From assembly GCF_009914755.1 (NCBI RefSeq), contig NC_060933.1: DNA of 64,000 nt; one strand, 5' to 3'. This DNA is from the human T2T-CHM13v2.0 reference genome, Homo sapiens. Position 1 is the stretch's first letter. Every line of letters starts with the position of its first letter. Made by a program: the position numbers and the translations under genes. Below the pieces are notes generated by a model that was not told the origin of the DNA, did not search any database, and saw only the letters and a list, made by a program, of their open reading frames with translations. Positions 1 through 15,239 of this stretch are shown here, one piece after another.

Positions 1-88
1 AAACAGAAATTTCAAAATGCATAAATTATATAGTATTTTTATAACACTATAAATAGATAACACATGAATTATATATATACAAAACATG

Positions 89-198
89 TAGATTATATAG
101 TACATAATCTAGTAACATAACAACGTTACTAGATTATGTACTATATAATCAGATTATCTAGATTATCAGATTATCTAGATTATGTACTATATAATCTA
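89..198. repeat. AT-rich fold-back array: perfect 26-bp inverted repeat, 17-bp tandem duplication and a third inverted copy
   Basis: 91-116 GATTATATAGTACATAATCTAGTAAC is the exact reverse complement of 125-150. CAGATTATCTAGATTAT occurs at 150-166 and 167-183. 175-198 is the reverse complement of 89-112. Confidence 0.95.
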
Positions 199-234
199 TT
201 TTTTTATATATATAAATATACATAATTCTGCATA

Positions 235-730
235 TGTATATAGGCAGAATAATGGCCCTGAAAGATGTCCACTTCCTAACTTTTAGAACGTGGGAAATAT
301 GGTACCTTACATGGCAAAAGAGACCTTGACAGGTATGACTAAGGTGAAGGACCTTGAAATGGGGGGATTATACTGGATTATTCTTGTGGGCCTAATCTAA
401 TTACATGCATCCTGAAAAGCAGAGAACCGTTCTTGTCTGCAGAAAGCCAAAGAGATGGTTGTGTGAGATGGACTCTGTTTTCTGCTGCTGGCTTTGAAGA
501 TAGAAGGGGCCACAAGCCAAGGGAAGCAATTGATGGCTAGATCTGAAAAAGGCAAATAAATGGATTTCCCACTACTGTCTCCAGAAAGAAATGTAGCCCT
601 GACAACACCTTCATTTCAGCCTCATGAGATTGGTGTTGGAATTCTGACCTAAAGAATTCAAAAATACTAAATTTGCATTTTTTAAGTCACTAAGTTTGTG
701 GTAATTTATTATGTCAACAATAGAAAACAT
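235..730 (+). mobile_element. ERVL-MaLR solo LTR, MLT1D-like
   Basis: Begins taggcagaataatggccc..aagatgtccac, contains ccttacatggcaaaagagac, and ends aagtttgtggtaatttattatg..aatagaaaac, as in the MLT1C/D consensus. Confidence 0.85.
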
Positions 731-883
731 CCACACACACACGCACACACATACACAAATTTTAATGGAAACCAAATTGGGATTTTGAAAAGTTAAATAT
801 AAAATTAAAATTTTAAAAATTGTCAACATGTTTAGAAATAGAAATGGAATGCTTATAGCAGGCCTTAAAAATAAAAATATATT

Positions 884-1308
<425 letters not shown>

Positions 1309-1892
1309 TCACCTGACATCTCTGGGCCTCAATTTTCTCATCTGTAGCAACAATAGAATAAAGATTAAGTACATGAACATGCTGTTACTATTTGTTTAGG
1401 ACAAACAAACCTATGTAATAGGTGATCATTAAATGCACCAAACCAGTAACAAAAACAACCTACTTCACTTGTGTGTGAGTCCCAATTCTACAACTTATTA
1501 ATTGTTTTAGTCATTTACTATTTATAATTCTCAACTTCTTCATATATTTATGGAGATAATAAGACCTTTTGCATTTGCTGTGATGGTCAAATGAGATAGT
1601 GTTTTAATAAACACACATAGAGAAATAATCTTTTTAGAGGCCAATACAACACTGAAATGGAGGGAGCAAGAGTGGAAGCTGGGAGACAAATTAGAAGGGT
1701 AGGGTTATATCAAGGAGAATGGCAATGTTGACTTTGGACAAGGATATAAACCTAGAAAGTCAACATGTTCATTATCTGGACAGATTGATTAAAATACTTC
1801 ACATCTCTGTGACCAACATCATATGGACATATATGAAAAGTCATGTCATAATTAGAATATCATGTGATGAATGTGGAATCAGGCCAAGGAGG

Positions 1893-2262
1893 AATGTCAG
1901 TCCACTGAGGCTGCTATAACAAAATGCCATAGACTGGCTGGTTTCTAAAAAACAGAAGTTTATTTCTCACAGTTCTGGAGGCTGGGAAGTCTAAGATTGA
2001 GTCACAGGGCACTGGCAGATTCAGTGTGGTGAGGACCTGCTTTGTGGTTCCTAGTTGGCTGTGTTTTCATTGTGTCCTCACAAGGCGGAAGTGGAGAACT
2101 CTGGTCTCTTTAGCCTCTTGTAAGGGCACAAACGCCATTCATGGGCTCTCCACTCATATGACTTAATCATCTCCCAAAGGCTCCACCCCTTAATACTATC
2201 ACACTGAGAACTGAGTTTTAGTATATAAATTTTGAGAGAATACAAACATTCAGACCACAGCA
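1893..2262 (-). mobile_element. MaLR solo LTR, MLT1A/A0-like
   Basis: ggctgctataacaaaatgccatagactgg..tttatttctcacagttctggaggctgggaagtc..acaaacattcagaccacagca. Confidence 0.85.
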
Positions 2263-3499
2263 GGGGGTTAGTCAGAAGGATCTAATGTTTAGTGGTCAAG
2301 TGTTGAGAGGATACATTCTTCAACAATAAGGATGAATTTGCCGAGAAAACAGGGATGTTCTAAGTCCGTTGGACACAATCCCTTGTGTGCATCTTCACAT
2401 TCAGTATACCCTTCCCATTAGGGCTGTTGACCAAGGCTCTCTTGTCCATGGAGAGCAATAGATGGCCAATAATAGTGTAAGTCCCTATGATTCTCCTACT
2501 CCTACTGGCTCCCATTGCTGGCAGGCTGCTGATTGGCACATTTTTTGCTTCAGCTAGGTTCATATATTTAATCACACAATGGTCAAGGCTGGCCCCACAG
2601 GGCCGTTAAGTCAATAATTTTCAAAAGTTTTACCATGGCTCATTGAATAGAGTAAAAATCACACAAAATCACCCACTCTACCCCTTTCCACTTCCCAGCA
2701 GATAAAGAATATTGTGATCAAAATGAGAGAGGAACAACATAGTATTCAAATCATAACAATTCAGCAATTACCCCCAAAGGGTATCTATAAGGATAAGACC
2801 TGTATATAATTTTACAAAGTGCTTTAATTAATTAAAGAATAACAGCAATTGGAAGTCAGATCCAATTCATGACAGCTATGATGATGCACTGATAACAACA
2901 CATCCTGCCTAAGCATCTTGGGAATTCCAACTCTTTGTTTTCTGTGCGGTGTTGGACATTTGCCATGCTGCTCAGTACTGTGTGTAGCAGCTAGACTTCT
3001 TATTAGAACACCAAGTTAGAGTTCTTAATAAACCCTGGCTCCTTTTTTTATAAATATCAGATCATAATATCTTTCAATGACCAACTTATTCATTTTCTGT
3101 TTCCCTTAGCTATAAATAAATACAGTAATAAATAACATCTCTTAAGTATTTACTTTGTTCCAGAAAGTCTCCAAAGAGCTTTTTGTGCATTAAAAAATGA
3201 GCATTCATGGTATTTCCAATCATTCATTGGTAAGAAGAAAGTAATTACATTTTTGGTTTAGCTTGTAGCCTGTCAGAAGCCCCCATAAACACTGCTTTAA
3301 GGTAATTTGGTGTGTCTCTGTCCTAAGCCATATGTACTAACTTTGAAGTTTGACTCCCAAAAGCCAATTTTATTTTCCTTAGTTTGAAATTTGGAGAACT
3401 ATTTTTTGTTGTCTCCAAATCCTGACCACAGTATATAAAAACATTTGCCAACTATTAACTATTGCACATAAGTAAAGGTTTTAGACTGGAGACTGGCAC

Positions 3500-3620
3500 T
3501 AACACTCCCATCGCCATTTAAAAATAAGGAAACGGAGGCCCAAACAGAAAATAACAGGAGATATGATGTTTTCAAGGCCACTCAGTGAACAGGCAGAAGA
3601 GTCGGAACCAGACCCCCGTC
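3500..3620 (-). mobile_element. MIR fragment
   Basis: ccatttaaaaataaggaaacggaggccca..caaggccactcag, a degenerate MIR core. Confidence 0.6.
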
Positions 3621-3739
3621 CCCTCCTTTCAGCACCTTGCAGAGAGCTCCAAAATACTGAAATCATGTTCAGCCTTTCCTGGCCCATTTTCCACATACAG
3701 TATTATCAGAAAAGCAATTTTCTCCTTCTCCTGATCTTA

Positions 3740-4012
3740 GCTTAACAAATGACCCAAAAACTTTTAGAAATTTAAAACAACAAACATTTATCATACAGTT
3801 TCTGAGGGTCAGGAATCCAAGAGTGGCTTAGTTAGGTGCTTCTGGCTCTGGGCCTCTCACGGGGCTGCAGATAAGGTGTCGGCCAGGGCTGCATCATCTA
3901 AGGCTTGACTAGGCTGCAGAACCTGTATCCATGCTCACTCATGCGCCTGATGGCTGGAGGCCTCAGTTTCTCACCACACGGGCCTCTCCATAGGACTGCT
4001 CATGGCATGGCT
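3740..4012 (-). mobile_element. MaLR LTR fragment (MLT1F/G-like)
   Basis: ttaaaacaacaaacatttat..cagtttctgagggtcaggaatcc..ggctctgggcctctcac..gggcctctccatagg. Confidence 0.75.
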
Positions 4013-5364
4013 AATGATCAGAAACAAATGTCAAACTGAAGAGCTTGAACTTTATTCTACACAAAATGGGGAGCCACTGATGATTGATGAGAATAGCTAA
4101 GAGTCTTTTCCAAAGCCTTTTTTAAGGATTCATTGATGTCAGTCTACTGTTTAATTCTCTGGGCTGAGGCCATTCTATGTTGACTAAAATACCACTATGA
4201 ATAGCCAACAGAAACTCAATAAAACAAAATTTGGTAGCATAAATCCTGCAAACACCCTATGGTGACGCATAAACATTACTGAAAGAGAAGCAGGGGATAA
4301 CATACTAAGTGTCTCATTAGAATGAGAAGAAAAAAAGATTTATTTTTGAATTTTTCCTTTTACAAAATTTAGAATCACAAATCCTTTGACTTTGAATTAA
4401 AAAAGAACTTCGAAACGATCTAGAGCAATGTCAGCTGATGACACCAGATCTGTGTTTCTAGCTTCAAGCACTCCTCTGGGCATGAGACTGGTTTATTCAG
4501 CTCATGGACACGTCAGTTGGTTGAACATGGATGCTTCCATTTCAATAGGTCAGAAATTCGATTCATCATTTCCCACCCCCCTTCTGCTTTGGGTGTTTTA
4601 TTTAATTAAATCATCAGGTGCCCAGTCACCCAACCCAGGAGCCAGCAGGCCATCCTCTGTAGAATGCGGGAAGTGCGTTCCTACAGTGGACATCACCTAC
4701 TGATCCTGCATCTAAAACACCTCTATGCTTCTCTCCCTCTCTCATGCTCTTGAATCCACTGCTCCTCCCACATACTGGCTTCGTTATCTCTCCCCTGCCT
4801 CTTCTGCCTTCAGTGCTTTAGGAATATATTGCCTAGCATGAAATATTCTTCTCTCTTGCCTGAATGGAAAATTCTTTGCTCTTTCAAGACCCGGTTCAAA
4901 TATCACTTCCTCTCTGTGTTATTAACCTACGCTTGATCTGCACTCCCCACAAATTATTGTCAATGTCTAACATCATGGCTGTGTACATATCCTCTCTTCC
5001 ACAAAACAATGTACTCTTTTTATTTTATAGTTTGGGAAACTCTGGCCCCCAAACACTAAGACTAAGTGACGTACTGAAGTTCAAGTTCACTCAGTTTGTC
5101 AACAGCAGATCCAGGACTACAAGATAACCTAGGAACAGAGCTCATCCCCATGGCCCCCCTATGATAAAATGTCCCCTGCTTTTTTAGCCATAGCAAGTAT
5201 CTGCTGGGCTGAGGCCTTGGTTGTCTTTGAGAGTGAGGCTGTACCCCTCAAGGATGTGTCCTGTGTTGAGGGTAGCAGGGCCTGCCTGCAAATATCCGGG
5301 TCAGCAGGCCAGGAGAGTTCACACTGAGGGGCTGGGCAGGGGTGTTCAGGCTTTGCTCACAGGA

Positions 5365-5404
5365 TGACTCACGGAGAGGAAGTGCCACTCAGATTTGTGA
5401 GTCA
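5365..5404. promoter_or_regulatory. AP-1 / ETS / AP-1 motif cluster (candidate enhancer)
   Basis: TGACTCA 5365-5371, GAGGAAGTG 5376-5384 and TGAGTCA 5398-5404 in non-repeat DNA. Motifs only; activity not shown. Confidence 0.4.
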
Positions 5405-6674
5405 CCCTCTTGGGCTCCACAGAGGCCCTGTCACGCAGGAGCCTGTCAGCTTTCATCTCCATCTCTCCAACCCCTAGGGCCAAAAGTCAAACTTGGTTTC
5501 TGCTTACTTGTTTGATTTTTAGTGGCTCCTCCAGCTCCAGAACCTTTAGCAAGCAGCTTCCTTTGAAAGTTTAAGATGGAAATCTCTAAGCTGGCCCTGT
5601 GCTTCCCCTGACAAGTGTGTAATCGATGGGAAATCTCTCACTGGAGGCTATCCTATCTGGAGTCTTGATAAAAGGCACTTTCAGAGAGGTGAAAGGCTCT
5701 TAGAGACCTTTTACAAAGAACTAAGCTGGCCTAAAATTGTCACCTTTATCCTCCCAGGTGACCATTCACTATCACCAACTCTCTGGCAGAGAAAAATGTG
5801 AGGATACAAACACAAAGAAAATCACTCCCTTAATACACACGGGGTAGAATCCTCTTTGGGTCAGACAGAAAAGCAGTGACTTGGGAGAAAATTGTGAAGG
5901 GTGGTTGGATGCTAGGAGCTGACTGGGCTGCATCTTTGAGCTTTAGTTCTACCCTTCCAAGTCTCCTGTCCTCCTTGAAGTTCTCTGCTTTTGATTTCTG
6001 TGGCCACCAGCACATATGGCCCTGTTTCTCTTGAACATACTTGAAATGGGCCAATACTTTCTAAAAGGCTTTACTAACACACTGAAGAAATGAACATAGA
6101 GAAATACCAATGGCATTGAGAACAATCCAGTTTACTCACAACTATATCTTGGGCCTAAGAATCCCAGAGCAAGCATAGGAGACCTTCATCAAGCTTTCCC
6201 AAAGCCCCTATTCAATTCCACCCTCTGCCTTGCTTCTTCTCCAACATTCCTGCCCTTCCCTCAGCCATAAGGCTTCTGGGTACCATTTTGTTTTCTGGCA
6301 CCTGGAAGATAGTATGAAGGATCCTCTTGTTCAAACCAAATCAGAGGAGGGAAGACCAGTGAACAGATAATTGAACGCTGAATTAAAGCAGTGCAGGTGG
6401 AGCGAGGCAGCAGTATAAAGACAAAATAAACATTTAGGAGTTGGAATAGATGGAATCTGGGGACCTGTTAGACCTGGAGTGGAAAGATTGAATCTTTTTT
6501 TTTCTTGTTTTATAAGTTATCTGTCAAACTCAAGCTGGGATTTCCAATACCATTTGGATGTTGGAAATAGTATTGCTAAAAAACAAATTAACATCAGAAA
6601 CAGGAGAAGCACAGAGAGATACAAGAGATAGAGAAATTTTGTTATTAATAAAGATATATGTAACAGGGTGTCAC

Positions 6675-7265
6675 TTTTTAAAAAATCTAATTTGTTGTTA
6701 TAAGTTACATAGTATAAAATGCCTAAATTTTAAGTGTACAGATTGTGAGTTTTGACAAATGTATATACCCGTATAATTATCACCTCAATCCGCAAACAAA
6801 ACATTTCCATCACCTCAAAATATTCAAAATGTCTTGCCCAGTCAATAACCCCACCTCCATCCCCAGGCAACCAACGATCTGCTTTCTGTCACTATAGATT
6901 AATTTTGCATGTTCTAGAACATCACAGAAGTAGAACCATACAGCACATAATCTGTTGTGTCTGGCCATCTTTCACTCAGCATTATGTTTTTGAGATTCAT
7001 TCCCATGTATCAGCAGTTCATTTCGTTTTGCTGCTGACTAATATTCCACTGTTTGGCTATATCACAGTTTGTTTATCCACTCACCTACTGATGGATGTTT
7101 GGATTACTTCTAGTTTTTAGCTATTAAAAATAAAGCTGCTATGAATGTTTGCATACACTTCTTTGGGTGTATTTCCACATATTTCCATTCCCCTGGGGAA
7201 AAACCTGAGTGGAATTGTTAGGTCACATGTTAGGCATACATTTAACTTTATAAGAAAATGGCAGC
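6675..7265 (-). mobile_element. Old L1 (L1MB/MC-like) 3' end fragment
   Basis: ttttaagtgtacag..gagttttgacaaatgtatatac..acatttccatcacc..ctttcactcagcattatgtttttgagattcat..taaagctgctatgaa. Confidence 0.85.
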
Positions 7266-7497
7266 AATTTTTTTAACCAATAGAACACTTTTTATCATTA
7301 TTTGCCACAATTCAAGGATGAGGAAAAAATAAATTTAGCCCAATCCTACTTGAATTAAGTTAGTGGGTCCTGAATTAAAAAGATTAAGTAATTATAAAAT
7401 GTTAGTCTAAAAAATATTTCTATAAAAAGTGTTTCTAAAAAAGTATGATGTACACCAAGGGGGGGAAATTTTTGTGAACTTGGTATATTTTCTCCAG

Positions 7498-7724
7498 AAA
7501 TGACCAGCACAACATTGTTATTTTATTAATGGGATTCAATTATATAATGTACAACTGTGAAGGGCTCCACACACATACATGGGGTATTGTCATTTTACTC
7601 TAATGGAAGCTGTTAGGGGACTTGCAGCATTGTTTTGCTTATAAAATCATGTGGACCCAATGTATGCTGGGATATCATCCTTCTGAGTTCACTCAGCCAG
7701 AAAGTTGAGCATGTATGTTGCCAG
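7498..7724 (+). other. Candidate non-coding exon (227 nt)
   Basis: Acceptor tatattttctccag|A and donor CAG|gtaagc in unique sequence; all three frames contain stops. Confidence 0.3.
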
Positions 7725-7862
7725 GTAAGCCGGCAACTTGGAAAATTATAGCTCCACTGTTCTTAAGGGTTCCCCTGTGGTTGGGAGCCTTAACATTGCC
7801 CCCAAGGGGCCTAACATCTCCAGGATCAGCCTAATCATTGGCTCAGTAATTTCTTTAGAAGC

Positions 7863-7878
7863 TGATTGACAGCAGGTG
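7863..7878 (+). promoter_or_regulatory. PBX-MEIS/PREP decamer abutting an E-box
   Basis: TGATTGACAG 7863-7872 is followed immediately by CAGGTG 7873-7878. Confidence 0.4.
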
Positions 7879-10800
7879 CCAATCTAGATAATCACCAGAG
7901 AGCTCCAATTAAAAGCTCTACCCATCGATCCCAACCGCCAGGACTTGGGACTTTAATACAAATCCACAAGTAAAAAAAGTTACCCCCTAAGAAAAAAAAA
8001 GAGCAGCATTTTTGTGGATGCACCATATTATATGGCGAGGTTATACATTATTTATAATTCATAGATGCATTTTTAATTTATCCTCCTAAATGTTGCATTG
8101 TTAGTCTAATAAGGTTGGTATTCAGATCCTTTCTTTTTCAATTCTCCACCTTGGAAAGGGACATTAGTCTGGAAGAAAATATAAATGAAAAAGTATTTTT
8201 AGCACTGACAAAAATAGGAACCATTTGTAAGTAATTTGTTCTATTGTAATTGCCGGGGACTTCATTAACCACCTAAGGAGGAAGTGCCCAATGTTTTTAC
8301 TAGTCTTCCAGATAAGACCAAGTTTAAAACACACACTCTCTATTGGGATTATGTGAAGATGTTAAAACTTCACCAGAAAGGTGACAAGGTGTCTTGATAA
8401 TTGAGGCAATCTTGGAAGTCGGTTGGTGTGTCCAACAGCTATGAACTAATAGTGGCTAATCAAACACAGCAGGTCTCACAGATACCAGCAAATGCCAAAC
8501 AGCTTCTTGTATGCACGGAATTCAGTCTTAATTAGTCACAGAGGAGGAATAGGCACATTTAAACTAATCCGAGGAATCATTATTGTTTGAGTTGCTTACA
8601 CACAAACATGAAAACTGCTGCCCTCAAAACAATCAGTTCCCGCCTGCAAAGGGAGGGTGTACAAGATAGTCCACTGACCTTTATAAAAAGGACTGTCCAG
8701 AGGAGGATTCTCTCCAACATGTCTCCTTTTTATTATATCCTGGGCCTATTTCTCAGTAGCTCTATCTCACCTGGTAAATAATATATGTATGGTGCATGTT
8801 AACTCGAGAGTGGCTACTGACAAGAAATATAAATGAACTTTTAAATTGTTTGGATAGTTTGATGGATGAAGAGCTATAAGTACCAGTGGCAGAGAGTGAG
8901 ATAGACATGACTATTAAGGCAGGCTTTCCACAGCTGTCCTGTAACAGGTGTGTCAACTGGGGATTTTCCTGTTGCCCCAGGACTGCTGCCAAGACCCTGA
9001 ATGGAGAGAGCAAAAGGCACTTGGTGCTCCACTTTGGATGTTCAGGCCCAGCCACAACAACACGGACTTACTGAGAGTGCTAATTCCGGAATCATCTGCC
9101 AGATCCACCACCCATACCCAAACTCCATAGGAAGAAAAGACCTGAAGCTTGAGAGAGGATCAGCCTTGTGGTAGTGCTGCATTTGTGGAGACAGGCTATT
9201 CCCTTCCCATAAGGCTAAGGGGGTTCTTCCTGCTCTTAGACTCTCTTGAGGTTATGTGTTTTCCTTCTCTAAGTATTCACAAAGAAAGGAGATGCCTGCA
9301 AGGAGAAGAGCCAGCATTTCATTTCTTTATCACTGCTCAGGCTGTGTAATCTGAATGAGAAAAAGAGACAGTCTCCCCAGCCTCCTCATATGTGGAGGTC
9401 CCTGACTGCCCTCATGTAGAGGACAATGAGGCATCCATATCAGAGGAACATTGTGAGAAGTCCACTAGCTGGGGTTCAGTTGAAACTTGCTGCCAAACTT
9501 TTCAAGGGACCTCTAATGGCCAAAGGAGCTTCCTGGACACAAGTCCCTAATCAACCTGTCATGTTGAAGCCACCACTGTCCTATCAAAACTGCAGAAGAT
9601 GAGTTTGACTTTCCGTGAGCCACCCCGGAGGCTACAACCTTACCCAGTTAAATAAAGAGACATCTTCTCTTTCCTTTCCCCTCCTCCCTCGCCCAAACCA
9701 AAAGCCTCAGCACCCAGAAGATGGAAGGGAAGGTGGTGTTTGAAACCACACCCAGCCTCCCTTCACCCCCTCCCAAACATATAGGATCAAGGCGCTTGCT
9801 GCTGTGAGGGCCCATTCCTTCTCTGTCCCTGGATGCAAGTCTAGGCAAGTCCCTTAACCTTTCTAGGAACTCACAGATAACAAAAAGTCCCGATGCTTCC
9901 AATCACAAAGACATTCTCCTCTCAGTAAATAAAATGAACAGTTGAAATGCAACTGTTGAAACTTTACTGCATTCAAAGTTAAAGCTCTCTGTTTCTCTCC
10001 CTCACCCACCATCTCTGGCCTGCCTCAAACTTGGAGACCCATGGCGGGTCAGCTTCTTTCCTGTTGTTTCCCCACCTTGGTCTTCTATTTCTTACCCCCT
10101 CACTGGGCTGTCTCTTGCCCTCTTAGGGCTGGAAATAAGAGGGGGAAAGTGGAGAGGGAGTGCAGAGAGAAGAATAGACAGGAAATGTGCTCCCTGGCTG
10201 GCACAGACACAGTCAGGTGCCGGTGCCCTTTGAGCAGAGCAGAGTCCCAGTGCTGATTCTGTCCCCAAGGGGTGCTTTCATGATGTCCCTGAGACATTCT
10301 CCTTTGCAGCCTCTGACTGCATCCCGCCTGATGTGAGTGAAGCTTCCCCTCAACCGCTGTGTATATGGAGGATCTTTCTATTGCCCTTCTGGGAAATCCT
10401 CTTTGAGGGAATCCAAGATGACTCCAAGCTGACTCCCTCCCTTGTGACCATGTCTGGATCTGGTCCCTGAGATACTCTCATCCACCCAGCACCCCACTAC
10501 TCATAGAGGTGCAGCTTGCTCCCAACACAGTTTCCATTTATTGCCATAGATTCTTTCAAGCAGGCTCTTGCCTATGTGTGTGTTTTTTTCTTTTTTTAGG
10601 CCTGGGCCTGGCATTAAATTCTGTGCTACAGAACTTCAAGAATCACAGGTCAAATTGCCTGAATGGTTCTCTTAAGGCTCCCTCTCTCAGTAGGGAGAAA
10701 AAACCCAACCCCGCTCCTTGTGAAGTAAGGGAAAAAAAGCTGCATTGCATAACCAATTTTCTCCAAAGAGGTTCTCTCTTAGCCCCTCCAGCTTCAACCT

Positions 10801-11259
10801 TCTTATGCCTTCAGGGTGGGTGATGGGCTAAGAATCAGCAAACTGTTGTTGTTGTTGTTTTAAAAAAAAAAACAACAGGTCTTTTTAAGACCTGCACAGT
10901 CTATTCCAACACTCTGCTTAAGGATGTAGAGATACTTGAGACTATTACTTTGTTCTTAGCCAGCCATTGTGACCTCAAACAAAACACAGACAGAAAGAGC
11001 CTTGTTTTAACATCCTGTTATCAACTGCTAGGATGTGAACACATTCCCTTATCTCACCTTACTTTAGTAAAGTCTACTACACTCGGTACTAATAAGTACA
11101 ATGAAGAGGTGAAGACGATATGTGTTTGAGAATAATACATCAATGAGGGAAGGAATTAGAGCTAGAGGTAGCCCTGGAACATAAGCCATCCAGAATTCAT
11201 AGATATCTTAGGAGGAGGAAAGGACATTGAACTTCCCACAGAATATGGGCAAAGTATCA

Positions 11260-12611
<1,352 letters not shown>

Positions 12612-12949
12612 CCAACATTATTTTAAGTCTTAAAGAATAGAATAACTTCACTGACATCTGGGAATATTACTATTATTACTTGTTGAAATGTTGGAAATGT
12701 GCTAGGTAATTTTGGTGGCAGGCTCCAGTGGAGCTTTGGGAAGGCCTTATTATAAAGTAGTAATCTACTGAGATGCTCTGAAACTTGGGAAACTCTGAAT
12801 ATTCTTGGGTTACTTGAGTTTTTAATTATATTTCTCCCAGGTCCCCATTTTCCATTTCATTTACTATCCTTTCCCCCAGTTTATTCACTTTTGCTCACTG
12901 GAATGTCCACCACAATCCTAGTGATATTTTAAGATAAAAATTATTGTAA

Positions 12950-13269
<320 letters not shown>

Positions 13270-13694
13270 TATTCCAAAATATTTTAATATTCACATGACC
13301 TTTTGGAGGAATAAAACAAAGAGAACTTGAGATTGTGAGAGAAATAATTTGAAACTGAAAACAGGCAAATAAGGTTAGTTAGAGTGTTCTTTCAATCCTC
13401 ATTGGGGCCTAACTTTCTATTAACTAGGTTATTTTACAACTCTGTAGGGCCAGTGACCAGCTTATAGATTTTTGTCTGTAGAGATAAAAATGATTTTTGT
13501 CTGGTAGAACAGATAATCCCAGTGAGTTATGGTCTATGGCCCTGTTGGACACTGATAGGTTTGATATCTAAACTAGCAATCATTCTAATATTGCCCATAA
13601 ATATAATATTCTACTTCTCAAAATTTCTTTGGAATGGTTTTAACATCTTAGTGGTTCCCTCACTAATGAATGAGTTGAATAAAATCTTTGACAT

Positions 13695-15083
13695 GTAACC
13701 AAAACAGCATGGTACTGGTACAAAACCAGACCCATATACCAATGGAACAGAATAGAGAACCCACAAATAAGACTGCATACCTACAACTACCTGAACTTTG
13801 ACAGACCTGACAAAAACAAGCAATGGGGAAAGGATTCCCTATTCAACAAATGGTGTTGGGATAACTGGCTAGCCATATGCAGAAATTGAAACTCGACCCC
13901 TTCCTTACACCATATACAAAAATTAACCGAAAATGGATTAAAGACTTACATGTAAAACCCAAAACGATAAAAACCCTGGAAGAAAACCTAGGCAATACCA
14001 TTTAGAACATAGGCACAGTCAAAGATTTCATGACAATGATGCCAAAAGCAATTGCAAGCAAAAACTGACAAATTGAATCTATTTAAACTAAAGAGCTTCT
14101 GCACAGCAAAAGAAACTATCAACAGAGTAAACAGACAACCTACAGAATGGGAGAAAATTTTTGCAAACTATGCATTTGACAAAGGTCTAATATCCAGCAT
14201 CTGTAAGGAACTTAAACAAATGTACAAGAAAAAAACAACTCCATTAAAAAGTGGGCAAAGGACATGAACAGACACTTTTCAAAGGAAGACATACATGCGG
14301 CCAACAATCATATGAAATAAAGCTCAACATCACTGATCATTAGAGAAATGCAAATCAGAACCACAATAAGATACCATCTCATGCCAGTCAGAATGGCTAT
14401 TACTAAAAAGTCAAAAAATAGCAGATGCTGGTGAGGTTGTGGAGAAAACGGAATGCTTATACACTGTTAGTGGAAGTGCAAATTAGTTCAACCATTGTGG
14501 AAGACAGTGTGGTGATTCCACAAAGACTTAAAGACAGAAATACTATTCAACCCAGCAATCCCGTTACTGCGTATATACCCAAAGGAATATAAATCATTCT
14601 GTTATAAAGATACATGCACGTGAATGTTCATTGTAGCATTATTCACAATAGCAAGACATGGAATCAGCCCAAATGCCCATCAATGTTAGACTGGATAAAG
14701 AAAATGTGGTAGATATACACCATGAAATACTATCCAGCCATTAAAAATAACTATATCATATATTTTGCTGGGACATAGGTGGAGCTGGGGGCCATTATCC
14801 TTAGCAAACTAATGCAGGAATAGAAAACCAAATACCACGTGTTCTCACTTATAAGTGGGAGCTAAATGATGAGAGTACATGGACACATAGAGGGGAATAA
14901 CATACACTGGGACCTATCAGAAGGTGGAAGGTGGGAGGAGGGAGAGGATCAAGAAAAATAACTAATGGGTACTAGGCTTAATACCTGGGTGATGGAATAA
15001 TCTGTACAACAAACCTCCCGTGACACAAGTTTACCTATGTAACAAACCTGCACATACATCCCCAAACTTAAAATAAAAGTTAA
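13695..15083 (+). mobile_element. 5'-truncated L1PA (about PA10-13): degenerate ORF2 C-terminus plus 3'UTR
   Basis: ORF 14052-14267 ([29 protein letters not shown]) is L1 ORF2p. L1PA 3'UTR is present. TSD aaaatctttgacat at 13681-13694 and 15084-15097. Confidence 0.95.
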
Positions 15084-15239
15084 AAAATCTTTGACATATG
15101 TTCATTTCATATTTAAGAGAAAGTAGTAATTTTATATTTTTGAAAGTTATTCTCTAATAAGATTAAAGTACAATACTCCCTACTATTTGATGATAACACT
15201 ATTTTACATGTCTACAGAAATTTGTAATATGCGTCTCCC

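Noticed and set aside
8023-8035. CCATATTATATGG as an SRF CArG box
   Set aside because: Nine A/T bases lie between CC and GG; a CArG box needs six.
14052-14267. L1 ORF2p-like ORF as a functional CDS
   Set aside because: Part of a 5'-truncated, frameshifted L1PA.
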